DNA of 64,000 nt from contig OZ234494.1 in the NCBI GenBank assembly GCA_965153455.1, positions 8,742,001 through 8,806,000 on the forward strand, given 5' to 3'. The stretch comes from Sphagnum compactum (taxonomy: Eukaryota). Position 1 is the first letter of the stretch. The number at the start of each line of letters is the position of its first letter. Shown piece after piece: positions 26,201-40,357 of this stretch. The notes under the pieces were generated by a model. That model searched no databases. It was not told the origin of the DNA and saw only the letters and a program-made list of their open reading frames with translations. The translations under genes were made by a program, and so were the position numbers.

Positions 26201-29200
26201 ATTCCCAATGATATTTTGGGGGCTGGGCTAATTTTTTTGTTTTGCTTTTTGGGAGAGGGGGAAACCAATACAATGGGAAGCATTTCATTGAGGGTGGAAT
26301 TAATGAATTTGCATCCAACTACATGCCAACCCAACATGAGATTAAATCAAAAGGTGCTCTCACATAAGTTTTTTCTGTTTTCTTTCTTTTTTTTTGATTA
26401 TGCAACATGCATCCAACTTTATCACAATTTATACTCTAAGGTTTGCCCGAAATTCAAACATCACAACTTATAAACACAGGCCAAGGGTAGCTCCAACTTG
26501 ATTTTATTTTGGGCCCATTTGAAGTTCTAATAAACTTTTTGCAATGGGCCAGTTAAATTGGCCCTTCGCAAAAGAAAAAAGAAAAACCTCCCCCCACTAG
26601 TATTTTCTTTTTCAAAGTTTGATCTTGCATGAATTGTGAGCATGCAATTGAGTTTGCAGTCACAATTCCCAAAAGGAATTTAGGATTAAATGGTGACAAG
26701 TTTCTAGAACCTATCAAGAAAAAAATGTTAAAAGCAATTCCTGCTAACTAAAATGCAAGTCAGTATGCGATGAATTTTGTTTTCTTGAAATTTATTGATT
26801 CTTTTCACAATAGAAAACAGGGAGTAAGTGATCAATCTACATGATTAAAAATATGATGACTGTCTTTGTGCCACTCAAGGCTAACTACCTCACTTCATTC
26901 CCTTACACAACTACATGAATATGAAAAAATAAATTAATATGTGTCTTTTTATGTTTGTTCTATATTTTATTAGAATAATTTCAATGATGATGATTCACCA
27001 GAACTAATTAAGTCGTACTTTGGACAATTCTGAACTCGAATTTGTTAAGTCAATTCCCAAATGAAGGGAAATGAAAAGATTTTTTGAATTTTTGTTTTTC
27101 TTAGACTTTTCTTTTTCTAAACAACATATTCATATTAAGTAGATTTTCAATACCTTTTACCAAAAATCATTTCATTTTTCTTCAATTGAACTTTAATTCA
27201 ATTTAAAGAAATTCAATTAAATAAAGTTCAAATAATTTCACTGAAATTTGAATTCAATTCAAGTTACATGCAATGTCATTCATTATTCTCATTAGAATGG
27301 AAGTTCATTTTCACAAAATCAATTCATTTATTTTTTATCAATTGATTGTCATGGATAGTGCATAACATCATGAAACCCAAGTTTAATAACCTTCCTCTTT
27401 CAAGGTTATAACATGTTTTCACTCATCTATGTAGGTTATTTGTTTGTTTCGTTTATCACAGTGAGATCTCCCAAACCATAATGTCTCTTGCCATGCTCTT
27501 GATACACTTGGAGCAGGGGTGCATTGAGTTAGTTTCATAATGTTTCAACCTAGTGAAGTTGTTATTAAATATTGAGTAACTTTAACACTAAAAGGTCATT
27601 TAAATCAAAACTCAAAATTATAAGAGTATTTGGGACCACTTTTGGTATTGTTCAAAAGTTTTTAGTGAGGAGGAATCACTGAAATGATTTAGCAAATTTT
27701 TGACCTAAGGTGTTGGAGATATTGAATTTTGAGTAGTTTATGTCATTGAAAATTTAATTAAATTATAAAAAATGGTTTGGAGTCTGAAACTGTTTACCCA
27801 CAACAAATATTGTAGGTTTACAAACAAGTACGACTATATTTCAGAATAAGCTCATAGAGTTTTTGAGAATCATGATTGTATATGTAAATAGTTTTGAGAA
27901 CCATGGTTGTACATGTAAATCAATTCGCTATGAGAAAATTGTATTCATTGGAACTTGTTCAATGTAATTAAAAAGTGTTTGATAGAATTAGATTATAATT
28001 AAATTGACTAATTGCAATAGACATGATTGTTTTATAATGGTTCTTAAATTTTCGAGAACCAAACTTATATATGGAATGCTTGATTATCGAATCTTGAAAA
28101 CCGCAATAATACTAAAGAGATTGTGAAACCGTCCTAAGAATGGCCGGTTATTTGGTGCTACTTCTTATAGCCGCCCAACACTGGTAGGTATAAAGTATAA
28201 AACAGCCAACACAAGAAGATAAAAAGATAAGGGGAAGGGACCATGGCCCACAAGGAAGATGATGAAGAAGAAGAAAAGGAATACCAAGGTAAGGTAGCTG
28301 CAGTGCTCTTCTCTGTCTTCACATGGTGTTGGGATCCCGACAACTGGCAGCTTGACATCACGTCCTTCCTATTCCCAGCCTGCTGCATGACGTCAAGTGA
28401 TGATGAGCCTGGATAAAATTTTAGTTCGTTAGGTATACATAATTCCCAAGCCGCCAACTTGAAATCAGTCGCTTGATCAGATCAGAGAGGAAAACTAAAA
28501 TAGGCTTCTAGCTTAACTTAATATTTGGAGGTTTGTCTCGAGAGAACGACGTCACAAGATTGGCAGCGCAAAACATTGAATGGGTGAAGAAAAGACTTGT
28601 GGTGATGTGCTGGAGATTCGGAGCTAACTGGATTTATGGGGGGTTTGCTCTCTGGGTAGTATATATGGGCCGCGTGGTATCAACCTAGGCAAAGTAGCAG
28701 CTAACATTAGCTCTGGCAGCTCATTTGTTTGTGCTCCTGCAGCAGCCACAATTCGGCGTCAGGGGAAGCTTGCCACATTTAGGCTCGTTGTACTCGGTTA
28801 GCTATTTACAGACAACGTGCACTCCAGAGTCGTCACTCGATGGTTTATACTTACCTCGCCCCCGGAGTCCCGCCATGTGATTGCTTGGAAAGTTCACCAC
28901 TGCCGAAATGCAAGCTCAAGCTGAGCTCCATTTGATCTGAGCCTTGCACACTGGTCGCTGATCATCATCTATGTTGGAACGTTGTCCTCAAGTGTTCAAT
29001 TATGTTGTCGGCCACACCATGTGCTAGCTTTGGTTTTTGGTCCAGAGTGGTTGTTTGAACGTGTGTTGAACGACGTCGAGACTGTTTTATATTTTTTGTT
29101 TTTCTTCTTTTCGTTTGTGTTTGTTTCTTCCGGGGCTCTCTTCGCAACTTTTGATTGTCCGCGAGCTAGCATATCAAGTAACCTGGTCACCCCCGGATGC

Positions 29201-29733
29201 AAAAGGACTTCATCTAATTTGTCCGGCAATTGTGAGGTTTGCTCCTGGAACAATGCTAGTCTCCTCATGAAGATTTGTCAACAATTTTGATTGTTTCCTC
29301 AGCATCGACAAGACGTCATTACGATGGCAATCTGAGCACCTTGCAAAGTGGTCGCAATTTTTAGCTCCTCGCATGCAATGTTGTGTTTACTCTAATAATC
29401 AGCCAGCTGCAACAAGGGTACTAACTGGTTGTTCAAGAACATATCCCCAATTCTTGTGAGAAAAGAATTGACATGATCCGAGTTGCCACAATCTTGATCA
29501 ATATTCTGCAATATATGTATCCATGGCGGCTCTGCGTACATGTATGTGCAGGATTTTGATGGTCTAAAGGAATTTGGCACCTGAGTCCACTACGATGCAG
29601 CAGGTGTAATTATCATAAGCCCTCATACAGGTCTGCTTGCAAGCAAGCTGCTCGCATGATCGGATGTCTCTTTTAGAAGTTCTGAGACGATCACTGATCA
29701 GCGGAGAAAAAAAGGGAGGCTGGCCCAGGCTCT

Positions 29734-32700
29734 ATGACAGGAATCTTTCAGATCTTTGACCGCTACAATGCCCTGAGTGCTCGCAAGAATCATGCCTCCA
29801 AGAACCATAACAATCATGGTAACATGATCAGAATCAGTTCAGATTCTTTCATACTGCACTGATCATGCAGCAGATCATCTGAACCATTGTGTTTCATCAA
29901 GAGCTCCAGTTGGGGCAAACTTGCTTCCTTGTTTGCAAATGTTTGTCCTGAGCATGCTCTTGTATTATAACCTAAAGCATCTTGCAAGGATCATGTTTGT
30001 TCTTTTGTAGGAAACCAATCTGACCAGATTGTCTTTTTTGTCTTGCCATGGCAGAGGAGCTTGCAGCAAAAGACAACATCATCCCCTCCTACTATTTGGT
30101 AAACCCCTTCACAAATTGCTGCAAAATTTCTTGTTTGTCTTCATTTGCTCTGGGTCTGGGGTGAAGAAGGAAGAGTTGTACAACCCATGCTGCAAGCAAC
30201 AATCTTGCATTGTGGTGTGGAATTGAGAGAATCATGCCAAACTTTTGGGTGATTTCAAGGAGAAGGGACATAGATCTTACCATTGATGTGGTGAGTTTTT
30301 GTGCAGCTTCAAGGCGATGATTACATGCACAGAGGTCCACTTGATTTTGTTGAGCGACCAAGAAAGGAACATGCAGAGGCCTCAGGAGACTCAATGGGTG
30401 TTGTCTACAGGACTTCCACTAACAACAAGAAGCACATTGAGGTCAATGTGTCGGTGAACTCCTTGTCCAATGTTTTGAATGAGCTTCAACCAGGTGAAGA
30501 AGAGCAAAAGCTTCTTCGAGTGTCTGGTGTTGCCTTTCAAGAAACTAAATCAAGACATGGTGTCTTGTTTCCTGATGCACAGAAAGAGCTTGAAGATGGA
30601 AGCCCAAACTCAATGTCTGGTAAAGAACAGAGTCCTTCACAAAAGCCGCACAACATTCAACCTTCAGAGGCTCCTCCTTCACAGATATTCCTGTCCAGGC
30701 TTTCTTCTGTCAGCAATGACAGCAGAGATTCCATCAAAAGAGGATCGAAGCAGCTTCCACCACGGGACACAAGAAGTACTACCTTGCATGCATCAAAGCA
30801 TAAGGAAAAGCCAAGGACATTGTTGTCATCAGTGCAGGACAGCAGCAGCAAGGAGGTTTTTGCTGCAGCTGCTTCTCCAACTGATTCCAACAAACTTGTT
30901 ACTCAGGTTCTAATGCAGATGAAGGAGTTTTCACAGAGATCTTCTGATGAAAAGGTCCAAGCAGCTGGTCGCAGATATCACTCATCTGGTGATGAAACAG
31001 AAGGACGTACACAAGGTCGCAGGAATCAGTTGTCTGGTGATGAAAGTCTGGAACACCAACATAATATGAAGGAAGCCAGTGCCAGACATGGTGGTAAGGA
31101 TAAAGTAAATGAGAGGATTCACCAGTCCTCCAGAGCAAAGGAAGCTCGACTAGGACACCTGGAACTCCCTCCAAACGAAGGTTGCAAGCATCAGTCTTCT
31201 GTGAGGGAAGGTCACAGGTTTTATGCCACATCAAGTGACCAAAAAAAAATTCAAAGACAACACTACTCATCTGCTGCTGATGGGAGGAAGGAGGAGCACA
31301 GAGATAAGAACTCATCTTTGAAGGAATTCCATTACAAGTATCCATCATCTGGTGATGACAAGCATGGTGACTGTCACAGATACATGATCCCCTCTTTGAA
31401 CAAAAGAGAACTTGTTGGTGATGGAGATTATGCAATTGAGAACCAAGATCCAAGGTACAGGTCAGGCAATGCTAAGGAGAACAAAGGTCATCAAGTGCAA
31501 TCAGAATCTGGTGATGAGAAGAAAGGTGGTAGATACATGCATGCATCTGTTGGTGTGAAAGGCAGAAGAAGTCCTTTTTTGGGGAAGAACAATGGTCACA
31601 AATATCGATCTTCTGGTGATGAAGAATGGGAGGGGGGTCAAAGACTACATGACTCATCTGACCATGACAAATGGAAAGACCACAAACTCCAGTTACCTGT
31701 GAAGGAATTTGCTGCTGATGGAGAAGAACAAAGACAAGGTCACAAGTCCCCTGATAATCATCAACAGGAAGCTGGTCATAGATTTCTTGCATCAAGAAAT
31801 GGGAGAGTTGAAGGCAATACAAATTCCTTGCATGCAAAGGAGGTGCATGAATACTGGTCGGAATCATCTAGTGATGAAAGAGAAGTAGAACTTCTTGGTC
31901 ACAGACATGAATCATCTGCTGATGAAATGAACTTACAGGGCAGAAATCAATTGTTGTCTGCACCAAAAGGTCAGAGACATGATCAATCTTCTTGTGATAA
32001 AGGGGAAGGTCAAAGATTCCGCTTATCCCATGACAGCAGAGAAGATGCTTATAGACATCAATCATCATCTGAAAAGGAACTTGATGTAAAGCAGGCTCAA
32101 AGCATTCAGTTGCCTCATAGCCATCAAGAGAAGGATCGTCGCAGATATCTTGCTGCTGGTGATGGGAGGAAACTTAGTCCCAGTGGAGATTATTCATCAC
32201 AGCAGGAAGGTCACAGGCATCAATCTTCTTGTGATGAAGGGGGAAGCCAAGGATCACAATTAGAGTCCAGGCTTGACAGAAGGAATAAGCTTGGCCACAG
32301 AACTCACTTACCTGCAATGGAATTCATTGCAGATGCAGAGCAGCAAGGTACTATAAGCTATCAATCACCAAGATATCATCAAGAGAATACTCTTAGATAT
32401 ATTGCACCTCGTGATGAGAGGGAAGGTCAGAGAATGAATTTGCATAGAAAGCACAGGCACTGGACATCTGACGATGAGAAATTAGGCCACAGATCTCAGT
32501 CATCTGCTGATGTGAGGAAAGGCCCTGGTGCAAATACATCACCAGCACAGGAGGAAGGTCACAGATATCGATCTTCTGGTGATGAAAGGAAAGTTCGTGA
32601 GAGAAGGCAATTATCCCACGTCAACAGATGGGAAGGTACTCAACAGCACTTCTCTGATGGTGGAGGGCACAGACAAAGTTATCTGTCATATTGGGATCAT

Positions 32701-35700
32701 CAAGAGAAGGGTGGCAAGGGACACAGGTCTAATTCCTATGCAAAGGGAGTGCACAGATCAGTGTCATCTGGTGATACACAGGGATGTCACCAATTTCAAG
32801 AAAGATGCAGAGATCGATCACTTGTTGCTGAAACTTGGACATATAAGTCATCAGGCACTGATGATGTGGAGGAAAATCAAAGAATGAAAAGCAGTAGAAC
32901 TTTGAGGGAAGCTCAAAGGTTTACTACATGTTCTAGTGATGAAGGAGGTGGACCTCACAGCCATCACTCATCATCACGCCATCGACAGCAGTCAGCCTCT
33001 GTCAAAGATTCAGCTCAGACACATCAGTCTTCAGCAGATGACAGAGGGGAAGGCCATAGGTCTCCATCTTCCCTTGATCTAAATGAATTTGAACATAATC
33101 ATTCTTCTGGTGACATAATGAGACACCATAAATCTGACTCTTCTTATGATCAGAATGAAGCTGAATCCAAACATTGCTTCTTGAGGAAGCCTGGCAAAAG
33201 CAACAAGCATCTTGCCCAGGCTGTTGATCAAGAAGCCAAAGCTCATAGACATCATCATCATCATCATCAGTTCACCTACAGTGATGAAGAGGAGGAATGC
33301 CAGAGACATGATTCAATTGATGACAGTAGAATTGGTCACAGAGACCATTCTGGTGCTGCTAAGGATGCAAGGCAAAGATATGAATCATCTGGTGATGAAA
33401 AGGGAGGAGGTGCTCACTGCTCTCACTCATCTGCTGATGAAATGAACAGTCAGAGGCGCAAATCATATGGAGGTCACAGAGAGGTCTGGTATGGTGATAG
33501 TGATGAAGGTTACAGACACCAGAGTTCTCTTGGGTTGGAGGAGGGTCACATGCACCTTCATCAGAATGTTTTGGCTTCCCCTAAGCACATAGAAGAAGAG
33601 CTTTCACCCACCTCTGATGTCAACTCAGCTCCATCAAAAAAGGCGTTTGCCAGGGAGGGAAAGTGGTTGCAATGGTTGGCAATTTCAACTTCACAAGCAG
33701 AAGCCACCTCATCAACCTCAAATCAATCCAAGTCAGACGACCATATGAAGGAGGTAGGCGAGATAGGCTTCAAGCAGTTGAAGCAAGTGTCTGCAAGACC
33801 TCAGCAAAGCTCACTGCTGAAAGAAAATTATGCAATGGTTAAGCCAAGGCTGAGGCCCAGGTCACGGTCAAGGTCAATGTCTCCTTCTGCTTCTTCACAA
33901 TACAAAAGAGACCTGTACAGAATTGAATCCCAACGGCCACAGCATGTGACTTCAAAGTCAAGTCATCAAGAAGGGGATCAGCCATGGCACAAGCAGCTCA
34001 TGTCCTCAAAGCATCTCCAGATGGAAGCAATGCCCCTTGTATTAAAGAAGCCACAGGTGGAGCATCCCCCCACTGAAGGACTGCTTGGGGAGGGTATGAT
34101 ATCAGACCAACGGTTGCACCAGTTACGCATTAAGAATGGCCTCCAGGAACATAAAAGCCTGAGGCAAGTCTTGGAGGCCATGCATCTCAAAGGATTGTTA
34201 AAACAGCCAAGGGGCAACAAGCAGGTAATTATGCTCAATGCAAAATTTCCTGCTGGATTGGGATCATCAGTACAAGAAGCACAGTCACCACCTTTGCGAG
34301 AAGCAAAGATTATGCCATCTTCAGCAGTGTCCAATTTAGCCAGATCAGGGAGCATGGATCGGGAGTACCAGGATATGGTGGAATTTCAGGATATGCTTAA
34401 GGAGGAAACCAAGGCTCATGAAGAAGCAACTGCACAAGAACTCAACCAAGGTACAGAGGCCCCCATAGTGCTAATGAAGCCCTGCAGCCACCAAATCCCC
34501 AGTCCTGCTCCTGCTCCTACTCCTTCCCCAGCTTTGCAGCAGATTTTAGAGTTGGAGAGCAAGGCCAGCCCAGTGTACAATGGCTTAGCAAAATCACCAA
34601 CCACGGTCACAGCTCCCACTGGCAATGATAGAGAAAATCAGAATGAGAGCAGCTGCACCAGGTACTATGCTTCTGTTTCTTTCCAAACCCTGAGAATACA
34701 CTGGAATGATATCAGTTTGTTGTTCCCTTGTAAGCTGCACTTCCCCGTTTGTGGCACAAAATTGGCCTGTGAAGAAGAATCTGCTTTATAAATTCCTTTG
34801 TTTTAGGAATAACAATTTTGAATCTTTTGTGACAGGGGTAGGAGATCATTGAGTGGAAGAGCATTGAATAAGAGGAGGTCATCAAGATCCCGTTCACCAT
34901 CAAGGCGGCATTCACAAGAACCAGCAGAATCTCATTCCATGTTGGAGGAGCAGGTGCTTAGTGCAAGGACCTCAAAGAGTGAATGCATTAATACAGCAGA
35001 CAAAAGCAGATTTTCTTCTAAGTTTGAAAAATCTGGAGAAGGGTTCATCCTCAAGGTGAATTCCCGACTACTGCTTCCTCTGCATGCAGGGCATCGCACC
35101 TCATCAATGTCAAAGACTCCAGTCTTTCCAAGTAGTGGAACCGAGACTTCTGATAATGTAAGAGCTAGTCAAGAAGGGTCAAGAAGAACTGATGACTCAA
35201 GCCCAAGACATTGTCATGCAAACATGAAATTTCCAATGGCTACTTCAGAAGACAAAGAGGAGTCTGAGTCTACAGTGATGCTGATGACATCAGGATCAGA
35301 ATCTACTTGCATTCTGCAAGAACCCTCCTCCTCCTGCTTAAAAAACAAATTTTCTGATGAAGAAGGTTTAAAATCTGTTGAAGCTGCTGCAATTCAAACA
35401 AGGCCAACAACAACAACCAAAAACAAGAGCCAGTTGAAACTGAAAACAAGAGTGCCATCAGTTGAGCTAGGTTTGCAGACTGTGGTTTCAGTGATGGATA
35501 GTTCTGATGCCTCCCCTCTGTCTGCTAGTCCCAGAAGCACCACAGCAGAAGAACTCACTAAGTTAATCAAAGAGAAACAGGAATCACTATCAGAGGTGAC
35601 TCAAGAAGCACTTAATGGTCAAGGTCTTGAGTATCAAGCTCCACATCAGGGTGGTGATGGCAGAGCTCAAGGCTCATTTGTTATCCACATCAATTCATCA

Positions 35701-37031
35701 GGTTGTTTCAATAGTGGATGCCAAGAGGCAAAGCTCATTGAATCAACTGGAAACCAGGTTAGTTCTTTTGCATTGATTTGCCTGTGGAGAGGCAGGGCAG
35801 GGGAGGTAAGCAAATACCAAAATGTTTCACTAGGTTTATGAGGCCAAGTGTCAGAAAATACTTCAGAGATAGCAAGGACATTAAAAAGTAGACAAAACCC
35901 ATAAAAACAAATGCTGACCTTGTAGATCTGTGCAGGTTGTTGCTGTTACAAAGCTTTCAGATGGTGTTACAGCAGGAGTTTCATTGATGAAGCAGCAAGT
36001 TGCTGAAGAGGAGGAGGAGGAGGAGGAGGAGGAGGAGGAGATGGGAGAATTAGCTGGAAATGCTAACCATCCAAGCCCTGTATCTGTGCTTGACAGTGCA
36101 AGTTTTGAGGAAGAAGAACTCACTCACACTCCAGAGTGTGTGAAATCAAGCACCATCAGTCATGAAGGTAAAAGGAGCTGGATGGTTTCATGTTATGTTT
36201 TTCTTACTGAAAGAAAAAAAGTGATAGTAAGCTGATCTAAACATGTGGTTTGCATTAGCAAATTTGTAAGTATACTATCACCATGTAGTTTGCAATTGGA
36301 AAACTATAAGGATTCAAATTAGTGGTTCACTCAAAAATAAATGACAATTTCTGTGGTAAGCAGGGAACTTGCACTCTGTCAACAGTGAGCAGCAGCAATC
36401 TTACAATAAGCTTCCCAGCTTCCTTGATGGAGAAAAATGGGACATACTGTTGAAGACTCAAAACTCCCCTAACAGGTACCAAGATGATGAATGGGCATAT
36501 TATGTGAAAGAGATTCTTGCAATGTCTGGGCTTATCATTGAAGAGGCATGCCCTTGCATTGATGCAGTTCCAAACAAAAGCATTAAATCTGTTATGAAGA
36601 CAGAGGAATTGAACTCTCAGCTGAAGGAATCATCAAGTGTGCAGGAGGATAAAGAGAAGGGAAATAGAGAGGACAACAAGATGATGATGTTCCAACAGAG
36701 CCTCCTCCACCAACAACTGTTGACCAATGGTGTGAAAGAGATTGTAGGAAATGGTATGAAACCATTCACAGATCCACAACCATGGGGTGCTCCAAACTTG
36801 AGAAGGAAACCTGCTGGACAACATTTGATTCAAGAGGTCTGGGATGAGTTACAAGACATGCATTGTCCTGTTACAGATGCATACAATGTAATTCTCAAAA
36901 AGGACTTGACACGGAAGGCATCCCAATGGCGAGATTTTAGCATTGAGATTGGGGAGGTTGGTTTTGAGTTAGGGGATTTGATTTTTGAGGAGATGTTGAA
37001 GGCAGCAGTGCAGGAGTTGATGGCACTGTGA
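29734..37031 (+). CDS. LONGIFOLIA-like TON1-recruiting-motif (TRM) protein with DUF4378-type C-terminus, ~2080 aa
   Basis: Motifs: N-terminal MTGIFQIFDR, KSLRQVLEAMHLKG, PIVLMKP, HPSPVSVLD, and C-terminal WRDFSIEIGEVGFELGDLIFEEMLKAAVQEL. Phase-consistent exons: 29734-29818, 30011-30098 (uncertain), 30411-34661 (5' end uncertain), 34836-35757, 35936-36167, 36364-37031. Confidence 0.82.
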
Positions 37032-39300
37032 CTCATGCAAAAACCTTTTTTTTTGGCCATCTGGCAAATTGCTCAGAGAATAGACATGGAAAGCTTCTGA
37101 AGACGAACTAGAAGGGATCTTACTATTGCCTGGCATATATAACACTCAACAAAGTATTAGAAAGAGAAACAGTAAACATGCATTCTTTTGGTTGAAATTT
37201 CATGAAATTCAACAAAATTTGGGAATTGGGTGCATGTTAATTAAATGTACTCTCCACATTCACCTTTTATCAAGGCACATTCTGTACAGAAGACACATCC
37301 AATTGCTTTGGTTTTAAGTACGGGAGCCACAAGGATCACAAGTTTACAATGCGATATCATGTCAATATATTAAAGTAGGGTTTTTGGGTTTCTTATCAAG
37401 AGCTTCCAAATGCCATAAATCCCAAATACTCTTCTGTAACCACATACAAGTTCTACATGGGGCTGTTCAATGTTTTGCATTCATTGCTCGGAAATGAATG
37501 CCCAAAAAATGAATTAATTTCCTTACATATACTTCTTAGATAGTACCAGTGGTCTTTGAGAAGTCAAGCATTGGTGATGAAGTGCTGGATTAACAAGACC
37601 TCCTACCCAATATCATGGAAGCACTGCTTTGCAATTACTAGAAATTATGGCTGATTAGGAGCTAGCTAGAGGAGAGCCAAGCTTCTGAATTGAGAGCTGT
37701 GGAAGCAGATATAGAGAAGGATGGGGATAAAGCTGATTTCAAAGACCTCATTCTCATTTCAACAATTTAAAGTGAATTTAACAAATGAACTCCAATTCAA
37801 TAGAGGTATTATAATTGCACTGGATCCTGAGCTCGGTAGAAAAAGCTAACTGAAAGTTACCCAAAACTCAAATAGATTCACAGATTCACAAGAAAAATCT
37901 GCAGACATAATAAGGAAATCCACGTTTTCAAACAAGCTGAACATGTAGGACAAAAAGTGAAATCAATGGAATCTTGAAAATTCACGCACATTTCTTGGTT
38001 GGAGTTGACAGAAGAGCTGCCAGTTCTGGTTTTTTGCAATCTCAGAACTAAAGAAACCGTTGGTTCCAGTTATTGCAGAAACCTCAAAGAACCAACGATT
38101 CTAATCAAAGAACCAGTAAAAACACCCGAAGGTTTTATAGGCGATTGTTTGATTTTTCCAAAAGAATTGTGTAAGGCAGCGCATTACCAATGTCATAAAC
38201 GAGAATTTAATGACCAGGAAAACAATTTCCAAAGGGGGTGGGCCCTGGCACTGTATGAAGGGCCCATTCCCAAGGTTATTACTGTGATTATATATCAGAC
38301 TCCCTTTTGATTTCTGAGAACCACAGTTATGAACCCTAAGTATCGCCCTGTTATCCATGGTTATACATCAAAACTGGATCTTTCGTTTTGTTTGAGTTTT
38401 GTTTAAGAGCCGTGATAATGATTGAACCTGTTTTTTGGGAGGCGAATTTTCCCCACTTGATGACAGAAACAATCTAGGGTAGAACTGCCCATCATCCATC
38501 ATTACCCTATCATCAAACACTTCTTTAAATCTTCATCATTTGTGCTTCATTTTGAGTGATTTAAAATGTTATGGGAACGGTACCTCACATTCTAAAAATC
38601 AATTTCGAAATACAAATGAAAACGAGTATTGAGAAAATAGCAAGAAGAAAAATAAGCTTTTCAACTTACAAAATGCATTTTATTTTATTTTTTCTTCTCT
38701 TTGGACCCCTCTTACTTTCAAAGCTTCTAACTTTCTCATTTTTTGTTCATTTTAAACAATTTAAAGTGCTGCAGGAGCGCCAGCTTCAGTTCTACAAATC
38801 ATCTTTTGATCTCTAATAACAATAGAGAAATATACAAGGAATTTTTTGGGTGTTCAGGAACCAGCTTTGTATTGTTCTATTGTTTTGGGTTTTTTTTTGG
38901 AGTTCTTGACCCCTTTTACTTTGGGGGCCATAACTTTCTCATTTCTAATTTGTTTTTAACAAATCTTAATGCATCAGATGCGTCAAGAAGAGATGTTCAT
39001 GTTTTATTGGCACACCAGTAACAACAGAGCCCTCCCCTTGGATCCGGCTTACTCTGAGAGTGCTTAAGTGTTCGATCGTTGGCCATTTACCTAATCCCAC
39101 TCAAGCGAAGGAAAAAATGTGCCAAAGTCACCAGATTTTGAGGAAGAAATTTCTGAAATGGCAATACCGTGGTACCTTTCCAGGTTCGGCACTGAAGTGT
39201 CGAATAATTAATTTAGTTTTCATTCTTAATTCAATTGTTAGAATTTGAATTCTGAAAATTTCGGCACTCTGTATTAAATTAATTATAACCAATGCTTGTA

Positions 39301-39818
39301 CAGTAAACTTTCTCTAAATTAATATCCTTGGGACTGGCCGGAAGATATTAGTTTATGGAGGATATTAATTTACACAAATTATATGAAGAATAACAAAAAT
39401 CATTTTGGAACCTGTTAGAGCAGCATGGAAGGTCATGAAGGTTAATAGAAGGTCATGGATCATTGGGGAAGGTAACAGAACATTGTGGAGCTTGGTGGAG
39501 GATCAAAGAAGCACATAAAAAATCATATGACATGAGTGGTAAAAATCTTGGCAGAAAGTGAGGTTGTGGAAAGCTGCACTCTGGGTACTCTCAGAATACC
39601 CTCCTTCACTCTATAAAAGGGGCTGTGGGCAGTCAGGTTTTTTGGTGCCATATGTATGATGTATTAGTTTATAAAATGCTATGGGATCGAAAAAAAATAT
39701 TGAATATCAGTTTATGAAGAATTATTAGATTAAGTATGAAGCCTGTCACAGGCCTGCGCCCGCATATTAGTTTAGAGAGAATATTAGTTTAGACTATTAG
39801 TTTAGAGAAAGTTTACTG
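39301..39818. mobile_element. Tc1/mariner (pogo-like) MITE with TA target-site duplication
   Basis: TA|CAGTAAACTTTCTCTAAATTAATA ... TATTAGTTTAGAGAAAGTTTACTG|TA. TIRs match 23/24. Confidence 0.92.
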
Positions 39819-40357
39819 TACTAGGTGATGTTTAGCACTTGGTTAGGTTGTCAGTAGCTAAACCAGAGAGTTTGAGGGATCAAACTTTGTTGGTTGCATA
39901 AATTTTTAAATTTTAGTCATAACTATTAATAACCAAAAAAATTTGGCAAATTAGAAAATAATTTAATTTATGCTGAACCTGAAAAGGTACTATGATATTT
40001 AGACAATAGGTTCTAACAGGTGGCCAAAATATAGCAGGATTTTTTAAAAATTTTACTTTCATCTCTGACCTATAGCCAAATTTGGCTAATTCCCCTTGTG
40101 GATGATGGACATACTACATCACAAATTTTCTTTTTCAAAAAGCCTAGTTATGAACCCTGAGAACCGGGAAAACCTGTTCTGTTTCGGGGCTGCTGTTGCA
40201 GAAGGGAGAAGAAAGGAAAGGGGCAGAAGGAGTCGATAAGGTGTCGAGCTTGTCTTCGTGCGCAGCAGTCGCGCAAGCAAGCAAGCGTCGGATGCAAAAG
40301 CTTGGCTAGCTTGTGCACAGGATTTGCATGCGCTTTGTCTCAGTGATTCATTCATAA

